Source: an uncultured Acidobacteriota bacterium
GTDB taxonomy: Bacteria > Acidobacteriota > Terriglobia > Acidiferrales > UBA7541
NCBI GenBank assembly: GCA_963703705.1
Contig: CAVPFK010000024.1
Location: 144,338-208,337, forward strand
Direction: 5' to 3'
DNA: 64,000 nucleotides
Made by a program: the position numbers and the translations under genes. Position 1 is the stretch's first letter, and every line of letters starts with the position of its first letter. The notes under the pieces were generated by a model that was not told the DNA's origin, ran no database searches, and worked only from the letters and a program-made list of their open reading frames with translations. Positions 41,730-51,996 of this stretch are shown here, one piece after another.

Positions 41730-44450
41730 ATGGCACGATCACTCGTAATCGTCGAATCGCCCGCTAAGGCGAAAACCATTAATAAGTACCTGGGCCGGAA
41801 CTATACGGTCAAGGCTTCCTACGGCCACGTGATGGACCTGCCGCGGAAAACGATCGGTATTCTGCTGCCCGGCGAAGAAAACGGGAAGAGCAAAAAGAAA
41901 AAGCGCAAGACAAAGAAAGCCAAAGGCGCTGAAGCTGCCCCGGAGAAAAAAACTCCCAAGCCGGTCACGGTCACCTCCACGAACATCTTTGAGCCTACCT
42001 ATCAGGTTATCCCGGGAAAAATCAAAGTCATCAACGATCTCCGCAAAGCGGCCCGCGGCGCTGACGCCATCTATCTGGCTGGTGACCCGGACCGTGAAGG
42101 CGAAGCCATTTGTGCTCACCTGGAAGAGATTCTGAGCAATCCTCACGAATATTCTAACCTCAAAGAAGAGGGAGAAGCTGAAGCCAAAAACGGAAACGAA
42201 TCAAAAGAGAGCGCCAAGAGGGAACCGAAAGTCGCAAAAGGAAAGCAAGAAGTTCCGCCGATCTACCGCGTGATGTTTAACGAAATCACGCAGAAAGCCA
42301 TCAAAGCCGCCTTTGAAACGCCGTCCCAGGTGAACGCTCATTTGGTGGATGCGCAGCAGGCCCGCCGTGTTCTCGATCGCATCGTCGGTTACAAGGTTTC
42401 TCCGCTCCTGTGGAACAAAGTGCGCCGCGGTCTCTCTGCGGGGCGCGTGCAGACGGTCGCGCTGCGTCTGATTGTTGAGCGCGAACTCGAAATTCGCGCG
42501 TTCAACCCGAAAGAATACTGGACGATTCATGCGCTGCTCGGCGCGAGCGAGCCGCCATCGTTCGAAGCCAAACTGATTAAGTACAACGGCAAAGATATCG
42601 AAGTGCCGGACGAAGCAGAAGCGCAACGCATCCTGGCCGCCGTTCAACGCGCCATATGGCAAGTCTCCAGCGTTGCGCAAAAAGAAAAGCGCCGTTTCGC
42701 TCCGCCACCATTCACCACCTCCAAGCTGCAGCAAGCCGGCTACAACCGTCTGCGTTTCACCGCTAAGCGCACCATGACGCTGGCGCAAAAGTTGTACGAA
42801 GGCGTGGAACTAGGGCCGGAGGGCTCCGTAGCGCTGATCACTTACATGCGCACGGACTCCGTAAAGGTATCAAATGACGCGCTAGGCCAGGTCCGCGAGC
42901 ACATCGGTTCGAACTACGGCGAAAAATACTTACCGGAAAAGCCGAATTTCTTCAAATCGAAGAAAGACGCCCAGGAAGCTCACGAAGCGATTCGTCCCAC
43001 GGATGTGGCGCGCACGCCGGAAAGCGTGAAGCCCTATCTCGAAGAATCCATGTTCAAGCTCTACCAGATGATTTGGCAGCGCTTTGTAGCCTCGCAGATG
43101 GTCCCGGCGGTGTTTGACCAGACCACCATCGACGTCGACGCCAATGATTACACCTTCCGGGCCACCGGCTCGGTCCAGAAATTTGATGGCTACCTGGCGG
43201 CTTACCAGGCGGTCAAGGAAGAGGAAGAAAAAGACGATGAAGGCGACGCAGCCGGCAACCGGTTGCCGGCGGTTCGCGAAGGCGATCAGTTACGTCTTGA
43301 AACCATTCGTCCCGAACAGCATTTCACGGAGCCGCCGCCGCGCTATACCGAAGCGACGCTGGTGAAAGAGCTCGAAGAGAAAGGCATTGGCCGGCCGTCC
43401 ACTTATGCCACGATTATCTCCACCATCGTCGAGCGCGAGTACGTCACCAAAGACCAAGGCCGATTCACTCCGACCATGCTCGGAGAACGCGTCAGCATAC
43501 TGTTGGTAAAGAGCTTTGAGGATATTTTCGACGTGGGTTTCACCGCCCGCCTCGAAGAAGAACTCGACGAAATTGAAGAGGGCAAGTTGCCCTGGCGCCA
43601 GGCGGTAAAGGAATTCTGGGATCCTTTCCTGCTGGATCTGGATAAAGCCTCGGACGAAATGCTCTCTTACAAAGCGGGCATTCCGACCGGACAGAAATGC
43701 GAAAAATGCGGCCAGGGAGAACTACTCGAACGCATCAGCCGTCACGGATTTTTCCTGGGCTGCGACCGCTATCCGGAATGCGATTTTATTAAAGACCTGT
43801 CACCCGAGCTTCCCGCAGACGATGGCGAAGTAAAAATCGAATATTGCGATAACTGTGGCAAGGAAATGGCCATCAAGCGCGGCCGCTTCGGCGTGTTCCT
43901 GGCTTGCACTGGCTATCCGGACTGCAAGACTACGCGCCGGTTGGTTAGCGGCACGCGCACGGCGCGCCAGCCGGATGTCCGTCTCGACGAAAAATGCCCG
44001 CTCGACGGAGGCCAGCTCCTTCAGCGCCAAGGCCGCTTCGGCGATTTCATCGGCTGCGAAAATTATCCCAAGTGCAAATACACGCGTCCCATCACGCTGG
44101 GCATCAAGTGCCCGAGATGTGGCGAAGGTGAATTCGTTCGTCGCGGCACGGCCAAAGGACGCGGGCGTGGCAGAATATTCTATGGCTGCAGCCGCTATCC
44201 TGATTGCGACTACACGTCGCCGCACGAACCCATCAACGAGCCGTGCCCGAAGTGCGGTGCTCCGTTCATCGTTGAGAAGCGCACTAAGGCGGGCAACTTC
44301 CGTTCCTGTGTGAAAGAAGGATGCGATTGGGAAATTGAATCTCCCTCTGAATCCTCAGGTCCGCCCGTAGGCACCCCAACTTCCGGGGCTCCGTTCGTGC
44401 ACCCTCAAGAGCCTCACTCAGAAAATACATTCGCACCTGTGAAATCCTGA
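41730..44450 (+). CDS. topA: DNA topoisomerase I
   Basis: The N-terminus reads MARSLVIVESPAKAKTINKYLG and the TOPRIM motif reads AGDPDREGEAI. The core also has GYKVSPLLW..GLSAGRVQTVALRLIV, and ITYMRTDS contains the catalytic Tyr. There are five C-terminal zinc-ribbon units, one of them degenerate. Confidence 0.95.
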   Translation: MARSLVIVESPAKAKTINKYLGRNYTVKASYGHVMDLPRKTIGILLPGEENGKSKKKKRKTKKAKGAEAAPEKKTPKPVTVTSTNIFEPTYQVIPGKIKVINDLRKAARGADAIYLAGDPDREGEAICAHLEEILSNPHEYSNLKEEGEAEAKNGNESKESAKREPKVAKGKQEVPPIYRVMFNEITQKAIKAAFETPSQVNAHLVDAQQARRVLDRIVGYKVSPLLWNKVRRGLSAGRVQTVALRLIVERELEIRAFNPKEYWTIHALLGASEPPSFEAKLIKYNGKDIEVPDEAEAQRILAAVQRAIWQVSSVAQKEKRRFAPPPFTTSKLQQAGYNRLRFTAKRTMTLAQKLYEGVELGPEGSVALITYMRTDSVKVSNDALGQVREHIGSNYGEKYLPEKPNFFKSKKDAQEAHEAIRPTDVARTPESVKPYLEESMFKLYQMIWQRFVASQMVPAVFDQTTIDVDANDYTFRATGSVQKFDGYLAAYQAVKEEEEKDDEGDAAGNRLPAVREGDQLRLETIRPEQHFTEPPPRYTEATLVKELEEKGIGRPSTYATIISTIVEREYVTKDQGRFTPTMLGERVSILLVKSFEDIFDVGFTARLEEELDEIEEGKLPWRQAVKEFWDPFLLDLDKASDEMLSYKAGIPTGQKCEKCGQGELLERISRHGFFLGCDRYPECDFIKDLSPELPADDGEVKIEYCDNCGKEMAIKRGRFGVFLACTGYPDCKTTRRLVSGTRTARQPDVRLDEKCPLDGGQLLQRQGRFGDFIGCENYPKCKYTRPITLGIKCPRCGEGEFVRRGTAKGRGRGRIFYGCSRYPDCDYTSPHEPINEPCPKCGAPFIVEKRTKAGNFRSCVKEGCDWEIESPSESSGPPVGTPTSGAPFVHPQEPHSENTFAPVKS

Positions 44451-44697
44451 GCCGTGCCTGCACTGCGCCCCCCCGCTAGAAGCATTTCAGCGCTCGCGCG
44501 GTGCTTAGGACGCGCTGATCCATCCTATTCAAAAAATAAAGTACCGTTAATCCGGTCGTAAGAGTAAGACTGATATAGGACACTGGTTCGGATGCCAATC
44601 CCTTGGGTCGTTCTCTTCTGCTTCTGCATCCAATTTGTATAAGCACTGTCAGGTCGCGCACCGCAATCCTAACCGCTTCTAAGGAGTGCTGTTGCCC

Positions 44698-45531
44698 ATG
44701 AACGAGAAAACGGTACAACACTATTTATTCGCCAGCGATTTTGATCAAACGCTGACCTTCAACGATTCTGGTTACGTCTTGAGCGAGATCGTCGGCATTC
44801 CCACTGCGGAATTCGAGCGTAAAGCCGCCGGTATGGCGAAGCTGAATCTTGTCCAGCAAGGCGCGGAACTTGCCTATCTGTTGTTGCACGATCCTGAATT
44901 TCAGTCGCGAGTCCGCAAGGAACACCTCTACGAAGTAGGGAAACGCATCCGTCTCAAAGACGATATTGCATTGTTGGATGAGATTCTCGACCGCGGCATC
45001 GATGGCTTTCACTTCGATTTCTCGATTGTTTCTGCCGCGCCTGTCGAAGTCATCAAATCGGCGCTGGAAGGGATTATTCCGGCCGATCGCATTTACGGAA
45101 CCGAGTTCCAATACAAAAGTACCGGCGAAATCGATACGATTCTCTGCGCCCGCGCCGGTTACGGAAAAGTCGCGGTGCTGGACAAGCTTCAGGCAAAACT
45201 CAAGATCGGCCCGGACCACATCATTTATGCCGGAGACGGTAGTTCGGATATCCACGTCATGCTGCATGTGAACGCCCGTGACGGATTCACTATCGCGGTT
45301 TCTGAAACGAAACATGTAGCGCACATCGCCAAGCGAACCGTTCTGGGTGACAATGCCGTTGCCGTGGTGGTGCCCATTCTGCAAAAAATTGCCGGTTGGC
45401 AGCGGCCTCAAGTTCGCGCATTTCTCGAATCCTACGGATTCTTAATTCAGGAGTGGGATAGCGTGCGGACTGACTGGCTCACTCTGCGGCCGTCCGGCTC
45501 CGCTTCGGCACATCCCGTCGGCGCAGGCTAG
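44698..45531 (+). CDS. HAD-superfamily hydrolase (phosphoserine-phosphatase-like subfamily)
   Basis: Motif I is [10 protein letters not shown]. The C-terminal motif is [15 protein letters not shown] at 44698 lies downstream of AGGAG. Confidence 0.7.
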   Translation: MNEKTVQHYLFASDFDQTLTFNDSGYVLSEIVGIPTAEFERKAAGMAKLNLVQQGAELAYLLLHDPEFQSRVRKEHLYEVGKRIRLKDDIALLDEILDRGIDGFHFDFSIVSAAPVEVIKSALEGIIPADRIYGTEFQYKSTGEIDTILCARAGYGKVAVLDKLQAKLKIGPDHIIYAGDGSSDIHVMLHVNARDGFTIAVSETKHVAHIAKRTVLGDNAVAVVVPILQKIAGWQRPQVRAFLESYGFLIQEWDSVRTDWLTLRPSGSASAHPVGAG

Positions 45532-45652
45532 CAGCGCAGTGGAGGATTGAACGCCAGGCGCGGCTCCCCGGGGAGTCCCCCGCAACAGGTCTGCGTTTGT
45601 TTCCTTCTGTTATCCCTGCACCAGCTTATAATCCTGCCATGAGTGGTTTGGC

Positions 45653-46606
45653 ATGAAGAAGACGGTTGACCGATTCGTCAAGTATTTGCTCTACGAACGA
45701 AACGCTTCTCCAGCCACGATTTTGAGCTATCGGAGTGACCTCGCGCTGCTCGAGCAATTCCTGACTCCGCCGGGTGAGGCCACCCTGGCTCTTGACGATG
45801 TGGACCATCGCATCATCCGCGAATTCGTTAGCTGGCTGTACGACCGCAAACAGCAGAAGGCGTCGGTGGCCAGAAAGTTGGCCGCGCTGCGAACGTTTTT
45901 TAAGTTTTGTGTGCGCGAGCAAATTACCAAGCAGAACCCTGCGCGACTGGTGAGCACACCTAAGATTCCCAAGCGCGTGCCGCGCGTTTTGACCGCGGAA
46001 GAGCTGAACGGTTTTCTCGACTCGCTTCCCGGCGGCGCGGCCGGCAAAAAACGCGAGCGAGGAAAAAAACAAACCGCTCCGGATGCGAAACTCATTCCTT
46101 GCCGCGACCGCGCAATTCTCGAACTGTTGTATGCCTCAGGCATTCGCGTGAGCGAGTTGGTGGGGCTCACCGTCGGGAACCTCGACCGCGCCGGGCAGAT
46201 GCTGCGTGTGCTGGGCAAGGGCCGCAAGGAACGGGTGGTGCCGTATGGGGCGAAGGCGGAGCAAGCGCTCGAGGCGTATTGGCCGCTGCGCAGCAAGCTT
46301 CTCGCGCGTCCGCGCACGAAACCGGCTCCCGAAGCTGTGTTCTTGAATCATCGCGGAGGGCGCTTGACCTCGAAATCCATCCGCCAGATTGTGAAGAGCT
46401 ACGCGCGGCTCGCCAACGTGAACTGGAATCTGCATCCGCACTCATTGCGCCACGCGTTTGCCACACATCTGCTTGCCGACGGGGCTGACTTGCGCGCTAT
46501 CCAGGAGCTGCTCGGGCATGTCTCGCTTTCCACTACACAGCGATATACGCAGGCCAGCATCGAGCAGCTGATGGCGGTGTACGACAAAGCTCATCCACAC
46601 GCTTGA
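45653..46606 (+). CDS. xerC: Tyrosine site-specific recombinase XerC/XerD
   Basis: The N-terminal SAM-like domain reads FVKYLLYERNASPATILSYRSDL. Catalytic motifs are ELLYASGIRVSELVGL and HSLRHAFATHLL..GADLRAIQELLGHVSLSTTQRYT. It lies downstream of topA, as in many bacteria. Confidence 0.88.
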   Translation: MKKTVDRFVKYLLYERNASPATILSYRSDLALLEQFLTPPGEATLALDDVDHRIIREFVSWLYDRKQQKASVARKLAALRTFFKFCVREQITKQNPARLVSTPKIPKRVPRVLTAEELNGFLDSLPGGAAGKKRERGKKQTAPDAKLIPCRDRAILELLYASGIRVSELVGLTVGNLDRAGQMLRVLGKGRKERVVPYGAKAEQALEAYWPLRSKLLARPRTKPAPEAVFLNHRGGRLTSKSIRQIVKSYARLANVNWNLHPHSLRHAFATHLLADGADLRAIQELLGHVSLSTTQRYTQASIEQLMAVYDKAHPHA

Positions 46607-46731
46607 TTCCGCACCACATTCAATCGCAGCATATTCTCTTGAAAATAGCGGTCGCGAAAATCGCGGATTTTAAATTCGTACGATCCGCTCACGGTAGCGG
46701 TTGGCATCAACCTGCATGTCCACAATGATTC

Positions 46732-47964
46732 CTAGATATTCAGGGTGAGAGAAGTTTCGGGGATGAACCCGTCGATGCGGTTGGATGAACCGCGGACCGG
46801 CGGAGACGGCATTTTTGTACGGTCGAGCGGATTGTAGAGCGTGTCGCGCTCGACCGGGACTCGGCCCGCGGCGCGGATCAAGCGCTCAAGTTCGGCGCGA
46901 CTCATGTGCTCGGGAGTGGTGGCGCCGGCATCGTGATAGATCTTCTCTTCGACTACGGTTCCGTCCAGATCATTTGCGCCGAAACGCAGTGCGACTTGCG
47001 CGATGCGCGGCGTGAGCATGATCCAGTAGGCTTTGATGTGGTCGAAATTATCGAGCAGCAGGCGCGAGCAGGCGATGGCTTTTAAGTCGTCGAACCCGGT
47101 AGGATTCGGGATGTGCGAAAGGCCTGTATTTGCCGGGTGAAACGCCAGCGGGATGAAGGCGACGAATCCGTGAGTTTTGTCCTGCGTATCGCGCAGCTGG
47201 ATCAAGTGGTCCACGCGCTCTTCGTTCGTTTCAATGTGTCCGTAAAGCATGGTGGCATTCGAGCGCAGGCCAATTTCGTGGGCGGTGCGCGCGATTTGCA
47301 GCCACATTTGCCCGCTGACTTTGTGGTCGCAGATCATTTTTCGCACGCGCGGATGGAAAATTTCAGCGCCGCCGCCGGGCAGCGAGTCGACGCCCGCTTC
47401 TTTCATAGCCAGCAATGTGTCGCGGATGGATTTCTTCGAGATGCGCGCGTAGTAGCCCACCTCGACCATGGTGAACGCCTTCAGGTGGACTTGCGGGAAG
47501 CGCTGTTTCAAGCCGCGAATTAACTCCAGATAATACTCGAAGGGCAAATCCGGATGCAGGCCGCCGACGATGTGAAATTCCGTGGCGCCTTCGGCTACAC
47601 CTTGTGCGGCGCGCTGCCAGATTTCGTCAAGGGCGAAGGTGTAAGAGCCGGGGGCGTCGAGCGAGCGTCCAAAAGCGCACAACTTGCAATGCGCCACGCA
47701 AACGTTGGTGGGATTGATGTGCCGATTGACGTTGAAGTAGGTCACGTTGCCGTGGCGTTTTTCGCGGACGTAATTCGCAAGCCAGCCCACTCCGAGCAAA
47801 TCGTGCGATTGGTACAGCACTAGGCCCTCGTCGGCGGAGAGACGCTCGCCGACAAGGACTTTTTTCGAGATCGGCTCGAGGCGCGCGTCCTGGAATGCGG
47901 GCACTGTTTGTGCGCCAAGTTGTAGTCCTGTCGCCATTTGATTTCCGGTCGAAGAGCCGTTCAT
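46732..47964 (-). CDS. mqnE: Radical SAM futalosine-pathway enzyme, tentatively aminofutalosine synthase
   Basis: The SAM cluster motif is NPTNVCVAHCKLCAF, followed by HIVGGLHPDL...GVDSLPGGGAEIF. ATG at 47964 overlaps the upstream UbiA-family stop (ATGA). Adjacency to the prenyltransferase supports MqnE over MqnC, tentatively. Confidence 0.65.
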   Translation of the reverse strand: MNGSSTGNQMATGLQLGAQTVPAFQDARLEPISKKVLVGERLSADEGLVLYQSHDLLGVGWLANYVREKRHGNVTYFNVNRHINPTNVCVAHCKLCAFGRSLDAPGSYTFALDEIWQRAAQGVAEGATEFHIVGGLHPDLPFEYYLELIRGLKQRFPQVHLKAFTMVEVGYYARISKKSIRDTLLAMKEAGVDSLPGGGAEIFHPRVRKMICDHKVSGQMWLQIARTAHEIGLRSNATMLYGHIETNEERVDHLIQLRDTQDKTHGFVAFIPLAFHPANTGLSHIPNPTGFDDLKAIACSRLLLDNFDHIKAYWIMLTPRIAQVALRFGANDLDGTVVEEKIYHDAGATTPEHMSRAELERLIRAAGRVPVERDTLYNPLDRTKMPSPPVRGSSNRIDGFIPETSLTLNI

Positions 47965-48842
47965 GGGCGTACGACCGCTGCGCCCCAAAAGACCAGGAAC
48001 AACAGACTAATATAGCCATTCACGGTGAAAAAGGCAGCATTCATTTTGCTCAAGTCATTGGGCTTCACCAGGGAATGCTCGTAGGCCAGCAGGGTTGCCA
48101 CTACTGCTATTCCGACCCATGCGGGCCAGCTGAGTTGAAAGCTAAAGGCGAGCCAGGCGAGCAATCCGACCATTACCATGTGCATGGCGCGCGCAATGAC
48201 GAGCGCACGTGCGATGCCGAATTTTTGGGGAATGGAGTGGAGGCCGGCGGTCTTGTCGAATTCCACGTCCTGGCAAGCATAAAGAACGTCGAAGCCGCCG
48301 ACCCAGAGCGAGACAGCGGCGCAGAGTATCAGCATGCGCCAGTCGAGCGAGCCGCGAATTGCAATCCACGCAGCCGCGGGCGAAATACCGAGGCAGAAGC
48401 CGAGAACGAAATGCGACCAGGAGGTAAACCGCTTGGTGTACGAATAGAAAAACAAAATTGCCAGCGCGGCGGGAGAAAGTTTCAGCGCGAGCGGATTGAG
48501 TTGCCAGGCGGCGAGCACCAGGAGCGCAGACGCAATCAAAGTAAACATCCAAGCAAAGCCGACGGTGAGTTCGCCTGTGGGTAGAGCGCGATTGGCAGTG
48601 CGGGGATTGCGCGCGTCGTATTTCAAGTCGGCGATGCGGTTCATGGTCATGGCGGCGGAACGCGCGCCCACCATGGCGACGACAATCCAGAGAATTTGCC
48701 GCCAGGTTGGGAGTGCGCCTGCGGCCCGCGCAGCGAGCAATGCTCCCACCAGCGCGAAGGGCAGGGCGAAGACAGAGTGCTCGAATTTGATCATCTCCAG
48801 GACGGTGCGGACGCGGCTTTTTGTCATGACAAGTTCCGCCAA
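47961..48842 (-). CDS. UbiA-family aromatic prenyltransferase (candidate 1,4-dihydroxy-6-naphthoate prenyltransferase)
   Basis: 293 aa and polytopic. Asp-rich motifs sit in NRIADLKYDARNPRT and YACQDVEFD. It is coupled to the mqnE-like gene. Confidence 0.75.
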   Translation of the reverse strand: MAELVMTKSRVRTVLEMIKFEHSVFALPFALVGALLAARAAGALPTWRQILWIVVAMVGARSAAMTMNRIADLKYDARNPRTANRALPTGELTVGFAWMFTLIASALLVLAAWQLNPLALKLSPAALAILFFYSYTKRFTSWSHFVLGFCLGISPAAAWIAIRGSLDWRMLILCAAVSLWVGGFDVLYACQDVEFDKTAGLHSIPQKFGIARALVIARAMHMVMVGLLAWLAFSFQLSWPAWVGIAVVATLLAYEHSLVKPNDLSKMNAAFFTVNGYISLLFLVFWGAAVVRP

Positions 48843-49605
48843 ATTGCTAAATCGTTAATCGCTATTCTGGCCCGGGTTAGATCCGTCGTTTGTCTTCTGT
48901 GAGCTACGTCGAATTCTGTCTGTGAGCCAGAACCGGTTAGAAGTGGTCTAGACCCGTTGTAAAATTGTGTTGAAATTTCGGACTCTTCGTCTCGGACGGC
49001 AGGTTTTTCGTTCCTCGGGGTGGTCAAAACAGGGGACTCTTCAAGCAGGGGGGTAGATGAAGGAAACGGGGGCATGATCCCGTTCGGGCGGCGGTTCGGC
49101 ACCGACGGGTCGTCGCCAAATTTGTCAGAAATAATCACGATTCACGCTAGCACTTCGCGTGGTTAGTTTCAAGGAGTCGAAGCCTGTGCCTGTGGAGCCT
49201 GTGGACGGCCTAGCATTACGATCGCGAGAACGTCCCCTACCTCCCTTTCCAGCCCGGAGCCCTGGCGAACGATTCCGCTGTAGAGTTGTGTCGAGGGTGA
49301 GATTTTCGACCATGGAGTCCAGCTGGGATCGTGCCTGGTCGAGCTGCAATTGCAAATCGGCGGTCTCACGCTGGATCGTCTCTAGCCGAGTTTCCTGATC
49401 GGCGAGTTGCTGGGCATAACGCTGCGTGAGCGCGCGTTCTTCGGCGCACCCCTTTAGATTTCACGAAGGCGCTGCTGGTCGTCGTAGATTTTCTGGGTTT
49501 CAGCCTCACGACGATTGAGCTCTTCCTGGAAAGGCAGCGCGGCCTTTCTGCTCCACAATCTTGCGAAAGGCCGCTTCGATTTCACGTGCAGCTGACGGGA
49601 ATGAT

Positions 49606-51996
49606 TTAAACCGGGACGGTGATGCGGTCCCGGCCTTGGATCTTTGAGTCGTAGAGACATTTATCTGCTACGCGGAATAGTTCTTCGGCGGTGGAACCAT
49701 GCTCGGGAAAGGCGGCCAAGCCCACTGAAAACGTAATCGGTTCCAGAACGGCGTTTCGGTGAGTTATGGATAGTTTTTTGACTTGAACGCGCAAGTCGTT
49801 GCCGCGCCTTTCTGCATCTTTTGAAGAAGAGTCGGGCAATAGCAGGGCAAATTCCTCGCCGCCATAGCGGCAGATTATGTCGCCTCCACGGAAATGGTCG
49901 GTGAGCGCTTTGGCGAACACTTTCAAGACCAAGTCTCCAGCGTCGTGCCCGAAGGAATCGTTGAATCGCTTGAAGTGGTCGATATCTATAAACATCACGG
50001 TAAAGGGACGATTTGTGCGGCGCGCGCGCAGCAGTTCGCGTTCGAGCGACTCTTGCATGAAACGCCGATTGTAAAGGCCGGTTAAAGGATCACGAATGGA
50101 TTGGTCTTTGAGAACTTCGCGGAGTTTCAAGCTAGCGATGGAAAGAGCAATTTGGCCGGCTGCGGAACTGGCGATTCGCTGCAGAACTACCTGGCTGCCT
50201 TCCTTTGATAATTTGGATTCCGACGCAGGGGAGATTTGTAATTGTAAAACGCCGATGGTTTCGCCTTGGGCCACCATGGGGACACACAGGCCATCGTTAG
50301 CGCCGAGAAAATTCTTCAGGTGATCGCATACGAGTTTAGCCGAAGAACCCGTGCTCCAATGTGGTTTGCCCCGGCGCAGCGCCCAGCAACTATTGGGCGG
50401 AAATGTCGTTAAGGGGCTTGGGCCGGTGCCCCAGCCGCCCGCAGTTTCAAGGAGGTTGCGGGACGATTTGAATACGGACAGACACCCGGAACTGTCAGCA
50501 GAAAACAATTTCTTCCCGAATTGAGTAACGACGGAATAGGCCTCCTCGAGGCTGGCGCAACACTGGAGCATGTCGCTCAGTTCTATGAGCAAGGTCATTT
50601 CGTTGGTGCGCGATTGCAATTCGGTTAGCGAGCGCTTCAGGATATTCCCCTGTTCCTCTCTTTCGCGTGCGGCTTTGATAGCGTCGGAGATATCGTTGTA
50701 GAGCGCGTATGCGCCACGCACTTGACCGTCAATGATGAGAGGGACCGCGTGCACTTCCACATCCACGAGGGTTCCATCATTTCGCGCGCGCCGAGTGCTT
50801 CCTTCGACGGATTGCCCGGCGTAAACGCGAGGTGAGAGTTCGAGGAGATCGTCTGGCTGGTGCCCGGAAATCAGCGAATCGAGTTTTTTGCCAACGACTG
50901 GGCTTCGCTCATAGCCAAACAGTCGCCGGAAAGCACGATTGCAAAGGTCCACTCTGCCGGCCTGATCGAGCACCGCGATTCCGAAGGGGCTATTTTCGAT
51001 TAATGAATTTAGATAGATGGTTCTTTGCTGCAATTCTCTGCCGATATATTGTCTTTCGCTCACCGCCGAACCAACAATCAGTCCGGTGGCGGAAACCACG
51101 AGCATCAGTAATGCAACTTTTGGCATGACCGTCGGCACGACCGGATAAAAATGCAAGGCCGCTACGATGCCGAAATCAAGCATCAGTATGGCAATCACGG
51201 CACGCTGAATCCCATTCCGCATCGCAACCCAAATGATGGGGACGAAAGGCAGGTAGAACAACTGATAGGGGCCCAACGTCCGACCGAACATGATCCACAG
51301 AACACCCAGTATTCCGGCCGCCTGCGCAATTCCCTCGGCCAAGCGGGACACCTTCACGTGAGCAGGATTTGCGGTTGTAGGGGACGTGGATTGTGGCGCG
51401 AGACTTTTTCGAACCCAGGGAAGAACATGTATGAGCAAGAATGGAGCAAAAGCCAACAAGGCGACCATGTCGCCTACATACCAGCCGAAGGCGGCCTTCC
51501 AATAATCGGACCAGGTGATGGTGTGATCTAAAACTAGGGAGGTGACGCCGAAAATGGTAGATCCTATCGCCGCGAGTAAGGCCACAACGGTATAACGGAC
51601 GACGTCCACGCGGCGGCTCAAGCCCGGATTGATTTGCAGAGGTCCCCTGAGAAGTATCGCGGCGACAGCATAAACGCCAGTCTCACCGACGGTACCCGCC
51701 AGATTGCCCCATGAAAGCAAGGGCTGTTGGTAAATCGCCATGCTTGCTAGAGAATTTGTGAAGAATACCAGAAACGCGTACCAGGGGCTCACTCCGAGCA
51801 TCAGAGCGAACGCCAAACCCGTGGCAGGGTACCAAGTGGTGAAACCTAGCTTTGATAAGAGGAGGATTTCAGGACGGTTCAAGACCAGATAAAAAAGTAC
51901 AAAAGATGCGGATAGTAAAACGTGACGAAGCCACGATTGCTTTCTGCTCAACGAAAGATATCCCGACATGCCCGGCAACGCACTCGGATCGACCAT
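49606..51996 (-). CDS. Membrane sensor diguanylate cyclase (MASE1-like TM domain, PAS, GAF, GGDEF)
   Basis: The N-terminus is polytopic, about 300 aa. The PAS region reads IENSPFGIAVLDQAGRV and a GAF-like region follows. The GGDEF region reads LTGLYNRRF...DIDHFKRFNDSFGHDAGD...RYGGEEFALLLPD. Confidence 0.85.
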   Translation of the reverse strand: MVDPSALPGMSGYLSLSRKQSWLRHVLLSASFVLFYLVLNRPEILLLSKLGFTTWYPATGLAFALMLGVSPWYAFLVFFTNSLASMAIYQQPLLSWGNLAGTVGETGVYAVAAILLRGPLQINPGLSRRVDVVRYTVVALLAAIGSTIFGVTSLVLDHTITWSDYWKAAFGWYVGDMVALLAFAPFLLIHVLPWVRKSLAPQSTSPTTANPAHVKVSRLAEGIAQAAGILGVLWIMFGRTLGPYQLFYLPFVPIIWVAMRNGIQRAVIAILMLDFGIVAALHFYPVVPTVMPKVALLMLVVSATGLIVGSAVSERQYIGRELQQRTIYLNSLIENSPFGIAVLDQAGRVDLCNRAFRRLFGYERSPVVGKKLDSLISGHQPDDLLELSPRVYAGQSVEGSTRRARNDGTLVDVEVHAVPLIIDGQVRGAYALYNDISDAIKAAREREEQGNILKRSLTELQSRTNEMTLLIELSDMLQCCASLEEAYSVVTQFGKKLFSADSSGCLSVFKSSRNLLETAGGWGTGPSPLTTFPPNSCWALRRGKPHWSTGSSAKLVCDHLKNFLGANDGLCVPMVAQGETIGVLQLQISPASESKLSKEGSQVVLQRIASSAAGQIALSIASLKLREVLKDQSIRDPLTGLYNRRFMQESLERELLRARRTNRPFTVMFIDIDHFKRFNDSFGHDAGDLVLKVFAKALTDHFRGGDIICRYGGEEFALLLPDSSSKDAERRGNDLRVQVKKLSITHRNAVLEPITFSVGLAAFPEHGSTAEELFRVADKCLYDSKIQGRDRITVPV

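Noticed and set aside
41739-42788. ORFs antisense to topA (41739..42146, 42201..42788) and Lys-rich insertions in the TopA TOPRIM region, considered as a possible anomaly.
   Set aside because: The antisense ORFs lack motifs. From memory, a basic insertion after the first TOPRIM strand also exists in E. coli TopA, so this is not unusual.
48824-49138. A 104-aa minus-strand ORF upstream of the UbiA-family gene.
   Set aside because: It is low-complexity and Pro/Ser/Thr-rich, with no RBS. It overlaps the UbiA start, and the surrounding region shows gene-decay fragments. Evidence is insufficient.
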